From NCBI GenBank assembly GCA_040772485.1, contig JAXGYC010000008.1, positions 256,001 to 320,000 on the forward strand: a stretch of DNA of 64,000 bases, in the 5' to 3' direction. This document shows positions 1 to 8,974 of this stretch, one piece after another. The notes beneath the pieces were generated by a model. The model saw nothing but the letters and a program-made list of their open reading frames with translations, was not told the origin of the DNA and did no database searches. The stretch's first letter is position 1. Every line of letters starts with the position of its first letter. Source of the DNA: Sedimentisphaerales bacterium (GTDB lineage: Bacteria; Planctomycetota; Phycisphaerae; Sedimentisphaerales; Anaerobacaceae). Position numbers and translations under genes: made by a program.

Positions 1-200
1 GTCACCTGATCACGCAGGACTTTCGACTGCGTGCTCGTCGCCACCAGCGTTACGCCCGCGAGATCGTCGATGATCTGAGCGTAGATATGGCGGTTCGACC
101 GAAACACCGACAACCGTGGCCGCTCCGGCGTTCCGTGCACCTTTTTTCTCACCAGACGCTTGCGCCGCAGCGCCGCCTTTTTGTGTTGTTCACTCTTCAT
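1..200 (-). CDS. rplR: 50S ribosomal protein L18 (5' part; runs off the window edge)
   Basis: Manual translation from ATG at 200: [46 protein letters not shown]...; follows rplF as in the spc operon; not in the ORF track. Confidence 0.96.
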   Translation of the reverse strand, partial: MKSEQHKKAALRRKRLVRKKVHGTPERPRLSVFRSNRHIYAQIIDDLAGVTLVATSTQSKVLRDQV

Positions 201-216
201 AAAGCCGACTTCTCAC

Positions 217-798
217 TTATGCCCCGCCTGAGGCGAACGCTTTCCCCATCTTCCGCTGGATATGCTCATCCGCGTAACGGATGCCCTTGCCCTTATAGGG
301 TTCCGGCGGCCTGACCCGGCGGATGTTGGCCGCAAACTGACCCAGAACGCACTTGTCCATGCTGCTGAGCGAGAACTTGGCCGGAACGTCGTTGCCGCGC
401 GTCGCCGGCACATCGATCTTCACCTTGACGCCCTTGGGGATCGGCAGTTCCACGGAATGGCAGTACCCGACCTGGAACACCAGCTTGCCCCCCTGGTCCT
501 TGACACTGTAGCCGGTCCCGTAGATCTCCATCTTCTGCTCGAACCCCTTGCTCACGCCGGTCACCATGTTCGCCAGCAGCGCCCGCATCGTGCCATGCAA
601 CTGCTTGCTCATACGGTCGTCCGGCTGAGGGTTCACCACTTCGATCTGGTTGCCCGAGCCGTCGACCGTCACCTTGATGCACGGATGGCAATCCATGTCC
701 AGGCTGCCCAGCGGTCCCGAGACCTTCACCTGTTGGCCCTTCAGCTCGACCTTCACGCCCTTCGGGAGCTCAATCGGTTTTTTTCCAATCCGACTCAT
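217..798 (-). CDS. rplF: 50S ribosomal protein L6
   Basis: MSRIGKKPI start, RPPEPYKGKGIRY motif; spc operon order. Confidence 0.98.
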   Translation of the reverse strand: MSRIGKKPIELPKGVKVELKGQQVKVSGPLGSLDMDCHPCIKVTVDGSGNQIEVVNPQPDDRMSKQLHGTMRALLANMVTGVSKGFEQKMEIYGTGYSVKDQGGKLVFQVGYCHSVELPIPKGVKVKIDVPATRGNDVPAKFSLSSMDKCVLGQFAANIRRVRPPEPYKGKGIRYADEHIQRKMGKAFASGGA

Positions 799-799
799 C

Positions 800-1198
800 T
801 TAGCTTACCGTACAGAGGATCTCGCCACCGACCTTGTTCTCGCGGCAGCCTCGATCGCTGATTACCCCTTTGCTTGTGGAAACGACAACAATGCCCATGC
901 CCCCGAGGACCCTCGGCAGATCGTCGACGCCGGTGTACACGCGGCACCCCGGCTTGCTCGTCCGGGTGATCTCGGTGATCGCCGGACAGCCCTCCTGATC
1001 GTACTTCAGGGCAATCCGCAGGCTGCCCTGCTTGCCGTCGTCGATCCGATCGAAGCCCTCGATGTAGCCCTCCCGCTGGAGGACTGCCGCGATGCCTTCG
1101 CAGATCTTCGACGCCCTTACGTTCACATGCGTCCTGCGCACGCGAACCGCGTTGCGAATCCGCGTCAACATGTCAGCTATTGGGTCGCTCAAACTCAT
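800..1198 (-). CDS. rpsH: 30S ribosomal protein S8
   Basis: MSLSDPIADMLTRIRNA...STSKGV...VGGEILC; start trimmed to ATG 1198. Confidence 0.98.
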   Translation of the reverse strand: MSLSDPIADMLTRIRNAVRVRRTHVNVRASKICEGIAAVLQREGYIEGFDRIDDGKQGSLRIALKYDQEGCPAITEITRTSKPGCRVYTGVDDLPRVLGGMGIVVVSTSKGVISDRGCRENKVGGEILCTVS

Positions 1199-1243
1199 AA
1201 TCCGTATCCCGCATGTTCCGGCTCGTTCGGCGCCGGCCAAACC

Positions 1244-1429
1244 CTACCAACTGGCTTTCTTGACTCCCGGTATCTTGCCTTCGTTCGCCAACCGCCGGAA
1301 ACAGATCCGGCAGATCTTGAACTTCCGGTACACCGCCTTCGACCTGCCACACAGCTCGCAGCGGGTATACTGTCTGACCCGGAACTTCTGCTTCTTCTTG
1401 ACCTTGAGTTCTAATGCTTTCGTTGACAT
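1244..1429 (-). CDS. rpsN: 30S ribosomal protein S14, 61-aa zinc-binding type
   Basis: RCELCGR...[10 protein letters not shown] (two CxxC), ends PGVKKASW. Confidence 0.97.
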   Translation of the reverse strand: MSTKALELKVKKKQKFRVRQYTRCELCGRSKAVYRKFKICRICFRRLANEGKIPGVKKASW

Positions 1430-1464
1430 TCAACGCGCTCCACAGTCTTCGTTATGCGGGCCGG

Positions 1465-2028
1465 TCATTTCGCCGGCGTGGCCTCCGCCTGCCCTCGGAA
1501 CGGCATACCGAACAGAGACAGCAACCGACGCGCCTCTTCGTCCGTCTTGGCCGTCGTCACAAAGCAGACGTTCATCCCCTGCTGCGCCTCCACCTTCGCC
1601 GGATTGATCTCCGGGAATACGCTCTGTTCCCCCAAGCCCATCGAGTAGTTGCCCCGGCCGTCAAACCCGTTCGGATTCAGACCCCGAAAGTCTCGCACCC
1701 GCGGAATCGCCAGGTTGATCAGGCGATCCATGAATTCGTACATCCGGGCGCCGCGCAGCGTGACCTTCACACCGGTCTCCTGCCCCTCGCGGACCTTGAA
1801 GTTCGACACGCTCTTCTTGGCCTTGCATACCGCCGGCGTCTGTCCCGTGATCATCGCCAAGTCCTTCTTGCCCATCTCCAGGAACTTCTTGTCCTGGCAG
1901 GCCTTGCCGATGCCCATCGAGACCACCACCTTGACCACCTTCGGTACGGCCATCACGTTCGTGTAACTGAACTCTTTCGTCAGCTCCGGAACGATCTTCG
2001 CCTTGTACAAATCTCGTAAACGTGCCAT
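1465..2028 (-). CDS. rplE: 50S ribosomal protein L5
   Basis: [31 protein letters not shown] motifs. Confidence 0.98.
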   Translation of the reverse strand: MARLRDLYKAKIVPELTKEFSYTNVMAVPKVVKVVVSMGIGKACQDKKFLEMGKKDLAMITGQTPAVCKAKKSVSNFKVREGQETGVKVTLRGARMYEFMDRLINLAIPRVRDFRGLNPNGFDGRGNYSMGLGEQSVFPEINPAKVEAQQGMNVCFVTTAKTDEEARRLLSLFGMPFRGQAEATPAK

Positions 2029-2085
2029 TCTTCTCTGCCTGTCGTCCCCGCACGCCGGCGGCGTGACCTGGGGCCACCTAAGTTC

Positions 2086-2418
2086 CTATTTCGCCTTCCT
2101 GACCGTGCCGATCTCCGTCCCATCGCTGGCCAGGCGCTTCTTGGCGCCGCCCTGGTTCTGCTGGTAGCGGACCCGGCTGCCCTTGCCCGACTTCGGGTTC
2201 ACCGGCAGGACGTTGCTGATGTGAATCGGCTGCTCGACGCTGATGCGTCCCCCCTGCGGATTCCGCCGGGACGGACGCACGTGCCGTTTCGCCACGTTCT
2301 GCCCCTGAACCACCACCACCTGCTTGTCCGGGTACACGTGCAGCACACGCCCGGTGGCGCCTTTGTGGTCCCCGGCGATGATCTGCACCGTGTCGCCTCT
2401 CTTTACATGTACGGCCAT
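2086..2418 (-). CDS. rplX: 50S ribosomal protein L24
   Basis: KOW motif KRGDTVQIIAGDHKG; PIHISNV. Confidence 0.97.
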   Translation of the reverse strand: MAVHVKRGDTVQIIAGDHKGATGRVLHVYPDKQVVVVQGQNVAKRHVRPSRRNPQGGRISVEQPIHISNVLPVNPKSGKGSRVRYQQNQGGAKKRLASDGTEIGTVRKAK

Positions 2419-2468
2419 ATATCTGTTCCTGCCTCGTCTTCCGTCGCTCGGAGCGGTCCCGTAAGGAC

Positions 2469-2855
2469 TTACACCACCTCACTGGCCAGGGAGATAATCT
2501 TCATGTAATTCTTCTCGCGAAGCTCCCGCGCGACTGCCCCGAAGATTCTCGTTCCAATGGGGTTGCCGTCGTTGTCGATCATCACCGCGGCGTTGCTGTC
2601 GAACCGAACGTAACTTCCGTCCGGCCGTCTCACCGGGCTCTTCGTCCGAATGATCACGCACTTGTGAACCTTCTTGTCATCCAACTGGCACGTGGGAAGC
2701 GATTTCTTGATGGCCACGCAGACCACATCGCCGACCCGCGCCACCGGCCGCGTGTACTTGCCCTTCGCGCCCTCCTTGCCGAGCACCTTGATACACAGCG
2801 CCGTCTTCACGCCGGAGTTGTCGGCCACGTCCAACATGGTTTCTTGCTGAATCAT
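2469..2855 (-). CDS. rplN: 50S ribosomal protein L14
   Basis: [38 protein letters not shown]; short loop insertion near N-terminus. Confidence 0.98.
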   Translation of the reverse strand: MIQQETMLDVADNSGVKTALCIKVLGKEGAKGKYTRPVARVGDVVCVAIKKSLPTCQLDDKKVHKCVIIRTKSPVRRPDGSYVRFDSNAAVMIDNDGNPIGTRIFGAVARELREKNYMKIISLASEVV

Positions 2856-2879
2856 CGTCTTGCCGTCTCGAATTCGGTC

Positions 2880-3152
2880 CTATACCGCGATTGCCTTCTG
2901 CACCACGCGCACCACGCGCCAGCTCTTGGTCTTGCTCAGCGGCCGGCACTCGGCGATCTCCACCAGGTCGCCCACCCCGCAAGCGTTCTGCTCGTCGTGG
3001 ACCGCCAGCTTCGTCCGCCGCCGAACGTACTTGCCATACTTCGGATGCTTGACCTTGTACTCGATCGTCACCCGAATGCTCTTGCTGCCGCTCCTGCTGC
3101 TGACCACGCCCGTTCGCGTCTTTGCTTCTTTCTGCATTTCCATAGAGACCAT
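2880..3152 (-). CDS. rpsQ: 30S ribosomal protein S17
   Basis: GVVSS...[10 protein letters not shown]...HDEQN...[11 protein letters not shown]; start could be ATG 3152, 3143 or 3137. Confidence 0.96.
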   Translation of the reverse strand: MVSMEMQKEAKTRTGVVSSRSGSKSIRVTIEYKVKHPKYGKYVRRRTKLAVHDEQNACGVGDLVEIAECRPLSKTKSWRVVRVVQKAIAV

Positions 3153-3180
3153 TTCCAACCCGCCCCTGCGATCGTGACCG

Positions 3181-3369
3181 TTACTTGCGGCGCTCGCGCA
3201 ACAGCGTCTTGATGCGTGCCACGTCACGGCGCGTATTGATGATTGCCTTCGAGTCTTCCAGCTTCTCCGTGACCGATTGCGATCGCAGATCGAAGAGGCG
3301 CCTCTCGAGGTCCTCCATCGTGCTCTGAAGCTCGTCCTGCGTCATCTCTCTCAACTGCTTGGCCTTCAC
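3181..3369 (-). CDS. rpmC: 50S ribosomal protein L29
   Basis: GTG start after GAGAGG: (M)[13 protein letters not shown]...LFDLRSQ...[14 protein letters not shown]. Confidence 0.96.
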   Translation of the reverse strand: MKAKQLREMTQDELQSTMEDLERRLFDLRSQSVTEKLEDSKAIINTRRDVARIKTLLRERRK

Positions 3370-3382
3370 GTCGTATCCTCTC

Positions 3383-3802
3383 TCAGACCGCGTGCCTGCG
3401 GCGAATAAAGCGACAACGGATGGGCATCTTGTGAGCCACGCGGGCCAGCGCCTCTCGGGCGACCTCTTCCGTAACTCCGCCGACTTCGAAGCACACCTGG
3501 CCCGGCCGAACTCTGGCCACCCAGAACTCCGGCTCCCCTTTGCCCTTGCCCATTCGGGTTTCCAACGGCTTGGAGCTGACCGGTTTGCTCGGGAACACCC
3601 GGATATACACCTTGCCTTCACGGTGCAGAAAGTGCGTAGCCGCCACACGGCCGGCTTCGATGTTCTTGGCCGTGATCCAGCTCATCTCCAGCACCTGAAG
3701 CCCGTATTCGCCGAATGCAACGTAGTTGCTCCGCGTGGCGTTGCCCTTCATCCGCCCGCGCTGGCTCTTACGGTACTTCACTCGTTTCGGCATCATCGCC
3801 AT
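3383..3802 (-). CDS. rplP: 50S ribosomal protein L16
   Basis: [26 protein letters not shown]. Confidence 0.98.
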   Translation of the reverse strand: MAMMPKRVKYRKSQRGRMKGNATRSNYVAFGEYGLQVLEMSWITAKNIEAGRVAATHFLHREGKVYIRVFPSKPVSSKPLETRMGKGKGEPEFWVARVRPGQVCFEVGGVTEEVAREALARVAHKMPIRCRFIRRRHAV

Positions 3803-3856
3803 GTGTTACGACCTTTCCCTACTCATTCCCACCGACGCTCCAACCGGCCTCGTGGT

Positions 3857-4642
3857 CTATTCCCCTGCGACGGGCCCCGCCTCACCAGCGTTCCCGGCGT
3901 CACCGCCGTCCATCGGCTCCGGTCGCGTCCCTTCGGGTCGCCTCGAATCCCCCATCGCCCGCGGCGGCCGGCGTCGCGGCCGACGACGCACCGGCTCGGC
4001 CTGTTCGCCGAATTTGCCCTTGTAGATCCACACCTTGATGCCGATCGCACCGTACGTCGTCCGCGCCGTTCCCAGCGCGTAGTCCACGTCGGCATCCAGC
4101 GTATGCAGCGGAATGCTGCCCATCTTCTGCGTTTCCGTCCGCGCCATCTCGGAGCCCGCCAGACGTCCGGAGCACATGATCTTCACGCCCCGCGCCCCGG
4201 CGTTCATCGCGCCCTCGCAGTACTGCTTCATCGTACGCCGAAACGACGCCCGCTTGCCCAACTGCTCGGCAATCCCCTGCGCCACCAGCGTCGCGTTCAG
4301 ATCGGGGTCCTTGATCTCCACCACGTTGACCGTCACCTTGCGCTGGATCAGGCTCTCGATCTCCTCGCGGAGCTTGTCCACCTCGCCTCCGCGCGGCCCG
4401 ATCACCACGCCCGGACGCCCGCTGTGCAGGGTCACATTCACCTCATTGCGGGTCCGAACGATCTCCACCCGCGCCACCGCCCCCTTCGGCATCCGCTGAT
4501 TGAAGCGCTGGTCCACAAAATCGCGAATCTTCTGATCCTCGACGAGATAATCCCCATAATTGGCCTTCGGGGCAAACCACGTGCTCTGCCATCCGAGGGT
4601 GACTCCCGTCCTGAAACCGATTGGCGATGTCTTCTGGCCCAT
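3857..4642 (-). CDS. rpsC: 30S ribosomal protein S3 (with low-complexity C-terminal tail)
   Basis: MGQKTSPIGFR, RPGVVIG (KH domain), IPLHTL, TTYGAIGIKVWIYKG. Confidence 0.98.
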   Translation of the reverse strand: MGQKTSPIGFRTGVTLGWQSTWFAPKANYGDYLVEDQKIRDFVDQRFNQRMPKGAVARVEIVRTRNEVNVTLHSGRPGVVIGPRGGEVDKLREEIESLIQRKVTVNVVEIKDPDLNATLVAQGIAEQLGKRASFRRTMKQYCEGAMNAGARGVKIMCSGRLAGSEMARTETQKMGSIPLHTLDADVDYALGTARTTYGAIGIKVWIYKGKFGEQAEPVRRRPRRRPPRAMGDSRRPEGTRPEPMDGGDAGNAGEAGPVAGE

Positions 4643-4679
4643 AGTCAGCTATCTCGATACTCTTTGCACCTTGTCTTGC

Positions 4680-5228
4680 TTACGCCTGCGTCACCGTCAC
4701 GTGAATATGACAGGCCTTCTTGTGAATCGGATGCGCCCGCCCGCGATCCTTCGGGATCCACCGCTTGGTCCCGAGACGAATGCCCGCGTCGTCGACGCGC
4801 GCCTCGCTGACGTACAACTGATCCACGTCCGCTTGCTGCTCGTCCGCGTCGGCCACCGCCGCCTTCAGCACCTTGTCGACCATCGCTGCGCCACGCTTGC
4901 GCGTGAACTTCAGGATGTCCATCGCGTCCTGGACGCTGCGCCCGACGATCAACTCGGTGACCAGCCGAACCTTGCGCGCCGACATCGGGGCGTACTGATA
5001 CGACGAACGCCAGGCCGCAATATCTCCCACCTCCACGTTCAGCGCCTCGGCCAGCCGTCGGATGTCTTCCGTCTGCGGCGCCGGCTTGAACAGACCCTTC
5101 TGCCAGTTCCGCACCGCGGCCGCCGCTTTCTTGTCGTCGAACCCGCCCCGGGCAAGGCTCGCACCCAGGTCGTCGGCCGTCGCTCGCTTTCGCTGACACA
5201 CGTCTTTGAGTTTCGTTGCGCTAATCAT
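4680..5228 (-). CDS. rplV: 50S ribosomal protein L22 with ~70-aa N-terminal XRE/Cro-like HTH extension
   Basis: C-terminal part SARKVRLV...KRWIPKDRGRAHPIHKKACHIHVTV is uL22 and lies between rpsS and rpsC; the extra N-terminal domain is in the same uninterrupted frame. Confidence 0.95.
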   Translation of the reverse strand: MISATKLKDVCQRKRATADDLGASLARGGFDDKKAAAAVRNWQKGLFKPAPQTEDIRRLAEALNVEVGDIAAWRSSYQYAPMSARKVRLVTELIVGRSVQDAMDILKFTRKRGAAMVDKVLKAAVADADEQQADVDQLYVSEARVDDAGIRLGTKRWIPKDRGRAHPIHKKACHIHVTVTQA

Positions 5229-5277
5229 ACCTTCGGTCCTGTACCCGGTGGATCACCGTGCACTCCACACGCACGTC

Positions 5278-5547
5278 CTATTTGATCTTCTTGCTCGAAT
5301 GTCCCTTGAACGTCCGCGTGGGCGAAAACTCCCCGAGCTTATGCCCGACCATGTCTTCCGTCACGAACACTTTGTGAAACATCTTGCCGTTGTGAACCAT
5401 GAAGGTGAAGCCGACGAACTCCGGCACGATCGTACAACGTCGCGCCCAAGTCTTGATCGGATTGCGGCTTCCGTCACTGGTCTGCTTGCTCACCTTGGCG
5501 AGCACCTTCTCGTCGACAAACGGTCCTTTTTTGAGCGATCTACCCAT
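5278..5547 (-). CDS. rpsS: 30S ribosomal protein S19
   Basis: [12 protein letters not shown]...[15 protein letters not shown]. Confidence 0.98.
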   Translation of the reverse strand: MGRSLKKGPFVDEKVLAKVSKQTSDGSRNPIKTWARRCTIVPEFVGFTFMVHNGKMFHKVFVTEDMVGHKLGEFSPTRTFKGHSSKKIK

Positions 5548-5618
5548 CTTGGCTCTCTTCACTGTCCCGGGCACCGTCGCGGCCTACGCCGCACGACCGC
5601 CCAAGGGTCATCCCATCA

Positions 5619-6470
5619 TCACAGCACCAACTGCCCCTGACGTGCGTTCTTGCGGCGCCGAATAATCCGGTTGTTGCTGATCTTCCGCGGATTGCGCGTC
5701 TTGCCGCCCTTTGCCAGCTTGCCCGTCGGCGAGCACGGGTGTCGCCCGCCGTTGGACCGGCCTTCCCCGCCGCCCATCGGGTGCGCCACGGGGTTCATCG
5801 CCTTGCCCCTGACGTGCGGCCGGCGTCCCATATGCCGCTTGCGCCCGGCCTTGCCGATGCGAATGTTCTGCCGCTCGGGATTGCTCAGCCGACCGATCGT
5901 CGCACGGCACTCCTTGCGCACCATCCGCATTTCCCCGCTCGGCAGCACCAGTGTGACCCAATCCCCTTCCTTGGCGACGATGCGCGCCGCGTTGCCCGCG
6001 CCGCGCACCAGCTTGCCGCCCTGTCCGGCGGTCATCTCGACATTGTGGACTTCGAGGCTGGCCGGAATCGCGCCCAGGGGCATCGCGTTGCCCACCTTCG
6101 GCTCGCACGCCGGGCCGCTCTCCACCACGTCGCCCACCTTGATGCCCAGCGGGCACAGAATGTACCGCTTCTCACCGTCCTGGTATTCCACCAGCGAGAT
6201 GAAGCAGCCGCGATTCGGATCATACTCCACCGTCACGACCTTCGCCGCCATCCCGTCCTTGTTGCGCTTGAAATCAATCACGCGATAGATGCGCCGCGCC
6301 CCGCCGCCGCGGAACCGCACCGTCACGATCCCGCGATGGTTTCGGCCACCGTGCTTCTTGATCCGCTTGCACAGCGTCTTTTCCGGCCGATTCGTCGTCA
6401 GCTCCGAGTAATCGTTCACGGAGCTGTTCCGACGCCCCGCGCTGGTTGGTCTATAAGTTCGAATGCCCAT
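5619..6470 (-). CDS. rplB: 50S ribosomal protein L2
   Basis: EYDPNR, RPHVRGKAMNPVAHPMGGGEG. Confidence 0.99.
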   Translation of the reverse strand: MGIRTYRPTSAGRRNSSVNDYSELTTNRPEKTLCKRIKKHGGRNHRGIVTVRFRGGGARRIYRVIDFKRNKDGMAAKVVTVEYDPNRGCFISLVEYQDGEKRYILCPLGIKVGDVVESGPACEPKVGNAMPLGAIPASLEVHNVEMTAGQGGKLVRGAGNAARIVAKEGDWVTLVLPSGEMRMVRKECRATIGRLSNPERQNIRIGKAGRKRHMGRRPHVRGKAMNPVAHPMGGGEGRSNGGRHPCSPTGKLAKGGKTRNPRKISNNRIIRRRKNARQGQLVL

Positions 6471-6495
6471 ATCGCTATCTCTCTATCGTACCGTC

Positions 6496-6774
6496 TCAGA
6501 ACAGATCGATGTGGTAGTCCGGTTCCAGGTACACGATCGCCTTCTTCCAACTGGAAGTCATGCCGACCGTCCGACCGCGACGCCTCTGCTTGCCCTTGCG
6601 GTTGGCCGTCCTGACCTTGTCCACTTTCACGCCGTAAATCTTCTCCACGGCGTTCTTCACCTGCGTCTTGTTCGCCTTGCGATTGACCTCGAAGGCATAC
6701 GCGCCCTTCGCGTTGGCGAAGTGAATCCCCTGTTCGGTGACCAAGGGTCGAACTATTACGTTGAAATCATCCAT
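6496..6774 (-). CDS. rplW: 50S ribosomal protein L23
   Basis: RPLVTE, ANKTQVKNAVE, WKKAIV. Confidence 0.97.
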   Translation of the reverse strand: MDDFNVIVRPLVTEQGIHFANAKGAYAFEVNRKANKTQVKNAVEKIYGVKVDKVRTANRKGKQRRRGRTVGMTSSWKKAIVYLEPDYHIDLF

Positions 6775-6839
6775 TCCAGGACCGCATTCTCTAACGTGCC
6801 GTCGCGCCTCGCGCGACGCAGGCTCTACCCGTTCACCCG

Positions 6840-7490
6840 TCAGCTCTCACTGTCGGCGTCTCTATTCAGGAACGCCACCAGAGCGTCCTTCGTGAACAAC
6901 ATCCTCTGGTGCGTGCAAATATCCCCCGCATTCAAATCCGCCACCGGCAGCACCGCCACTTTCTGGACGTTCCGGGCCGATTTGTAGAGGTTCTGATCGT
7001 ATTCCTTCACCGCCACCAGGCAACTGCGGTCGATCTTCAGGTTCTTCAGGATGCCCGCAAACTCCTTCGTGCGGGGTTCTTCGAACCCCAGTCCGTCCAC
7101 AACCACCACCTGGTTCTTGCGGAGCTTGGCCAGCACCGCCGAATCCCTCGCCAGGCGCCGCTGCGTGCGCGGCATGGTCTGACGGAAATCCCTCGGGACC
7201 TTCGCAAAGGTCATGCCGCCGCCGACCCGTTTGCCCGTTCGCCGGTTGCCCACGCGGGCGTTGCCCGTTCCCTTCTGGCGGAAGAGTTTCTTGTCCGAAC
7301 CGGCCACTTCGCTGCGGCCCTTCGTCTTGACGGTTCCCTGTCGTCGATTCGCCTGGTACATCACGATCGCCTGCTTGAGCAGGGCGTACCGCACCGCGCC
7401 GCCCAGCACCGTCTCATCGACGCGGACCTTGTCGACCTCCTGGCCGCTACGGTTATAGACTGTCAATTCCATCATCGCTGGTACACTCAT
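6840..7490 (-). CDS. rplD: 50S ribosomal protein L4
   Basis: RQGTVKTKGRSEV, RQKGTGNARVG; start may be 5-6 codons downstream. Confidence 0.97.
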   Translation of the reverse strand: MSVPAMMELTVYNRSGQEVDKVRVDETVLGGAVRYALLKQAIVMYQANRRQGTVKTKGRSEVAGSDKKLFRQKGTGNARVGNRRTGKRVGGGMTFAKVPRDFRQTMPRTQRRLARDSAVLAKLRKNQVVVVDGLGFEEPRTKEFAGILKNLKIDRSCLVAVKEYDQNLYKSARNVQKVAVLPVADLNAGDICTHQRMLFTKDALVAFLNRDADSES

Positions 7491-7494
7491 TCAC

Positions 7495-8145
7495 TTACTG
7501 AGGTCTCTTTGCCGTTCGCACGATGCAGTACCCACCGGCCGGCCCCGGCACGGCTCCCTTGACCACGAGCAGGTTCTTCTCCTCGTCGATCGAGACCAGA
7601 CTGTGGTTCTTCGTCGTTACCCGGTCGGTTCCCATGCGACCGCCCATGCGCAACCCCTTCTTGGGACCGCCGCTGGTGCCTCGGTTCGTCGCATAACCCG
7701 ACTGGGAGCCAGGTGCCCGGTGCCGTCGCTCGGTGCCGTGCGAGGCGGGGAAACCACCGAAGCCATGCCGCTTCATCACGCCGGCCGTCCCCTTGCCCTT
7801 GCTGGTGCCGGTCACGTCGACATACTTGGTGCCCGCGAACACAGAAACCGTCAGGGAATCGCCCGGTTTGAACTCGGTCTCCGGCTTTTCCAGAAGACGC
7901 CACTCTCTCACGAACTTCTTCGGCGTTGTGCCGGCTTTTTCGGCATGGCCCACCTGCGGCCGTTTCCGCCGAGACGGCTTCACATCCTCGAAACCCACCT
8001 GGATGGCATCGTACCCATCCGTCTCGGTGGTCTTGACCTGGGTGATCGTGCATGGTCCGGCTTCGATCACCGTCACCGGGACCAGCGCCCCCGATTCGTC
8101 GTACACACGGGTCATCCCCACCTTTTTCCCAAGCAGCATGGCCAT
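7495..8145 (-). CDS. rplC: 50S ribosomal protein L3
   Basis: LLGKKVGMT, DGYDAIQVG, GTSKGKG, HRAPGS, VKGAVPG. Confidence 0.98.
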   Translation of the reverse strand: MAMLLGKKVGMTRVYDESGALVPVTVIEAGPCTITQVKTTETDGYDAIQVGFEDVKPSRRKRPQVGHAEKAGTTPKKFVREWRLLEKPETEFKPGDSLTVSVFAGTKYVDVTGTSKGKGTAGVMKRHGFGGFPASHGTERRHRAPGSQSGYATNRGTSGGPKKGLRMGGRMGTDRVTTKNHSLVSIDEEKNLLVVKGAVPGPAGGYCIVRTAKRPQ

Positions 8146-8163
8146 ACTCAAAGGTCCCTGGTC

Positions 8164-8478
8164 CTACGCCTTGATCTTCACAAAAACGCCCGCGGGAACC
8201 ACCAGACGGTTCAGCACCTCGGCCGTCCTCGCGTTCGCCTCGTGGATGTCAATGAGCCGTTTGTGCGTCCGGAGCTCGAACTGCTCACGCGACTTCTTGT
8301 CGATGTGGGGGCTGCGCAGCACGGTGTACCGCTCGATGCGCGTCGGAAGCGGGATCGGACCGCTGACCCGCGCATTCGTCCGACGAGCGTGCTCTACGAT
8401 CTCCCGAGCGGAGGCATCCAGCGCCCGATGATCGTATGCCTCCATCCGAATTCGAATTCTCTCTGTTTCGGCAGCCAT
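8164..8478 (-). CDS. rpsJ: 30S ribosomal protein S10
   Basis: [34 protein letters not shown] 8478 preceded by AGAGGAG. Confidence 0.98.
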   Translation of the reverse strand: MAAETERIRIRMEAYDHRALDASAREIVEHARRTNARVSGPIPLPTRIERYTVLRSPHIDKKSREQFELRTHKRLIDIHEANARTAEVLNRLVVPAGVFVKIKA

Positions 8479-8896
8479 ACTACTCCTCTGGACCACCCGA
8501 TCGTCGCATTTTGCCGCCAAACCACTCGTTTTGACGGGCTGCGGCGACCGCCAACGACACCGGCGTCATTACCCACACTTACAGTACCATCCGTCGGTGC
8601 AGACACTACGTCTGCCCCGATGAACGCTTTTTCGCTTGGTCACAGACAGGAAAGGCTTCGGTCCACGGTTTCGCCCTCGCTATCGAGGTGCGACCGACGA
8701 CCGAAATCGGCCTTCCTTAACGGGTTGAGGCTCGGGCCCGCAGAAGGCCAATGCAAAGCCGTTGTCAGCTTCGCCAAACCCCAAGTCACAAAGAAAACCA
8801 ACTGAGCCATCCTTGATGGCAATCACAGATATGCCACAGCGTAACTATGTATCGCACGGTCATCCTGACCATGCTCGCTACAGCTGAAAAACCAAA

Positions 8897-8925
8897 AATT
8901 TATCACGAACTCCGCATGGCGTCAA
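8897..8925 (-). promoter_or_regulatory. sigma70-type promoter of the S10 operon
   Basis: TTGACG-N17-TAAATT with extended -10 TG; AT-rich tract upstream. Confidence 0.7.
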
Positions 8926-8974
8926 CAGCCGGCCACACAAATCCGCACAAAAAAGTGAAATTTTCTGATGCGGT

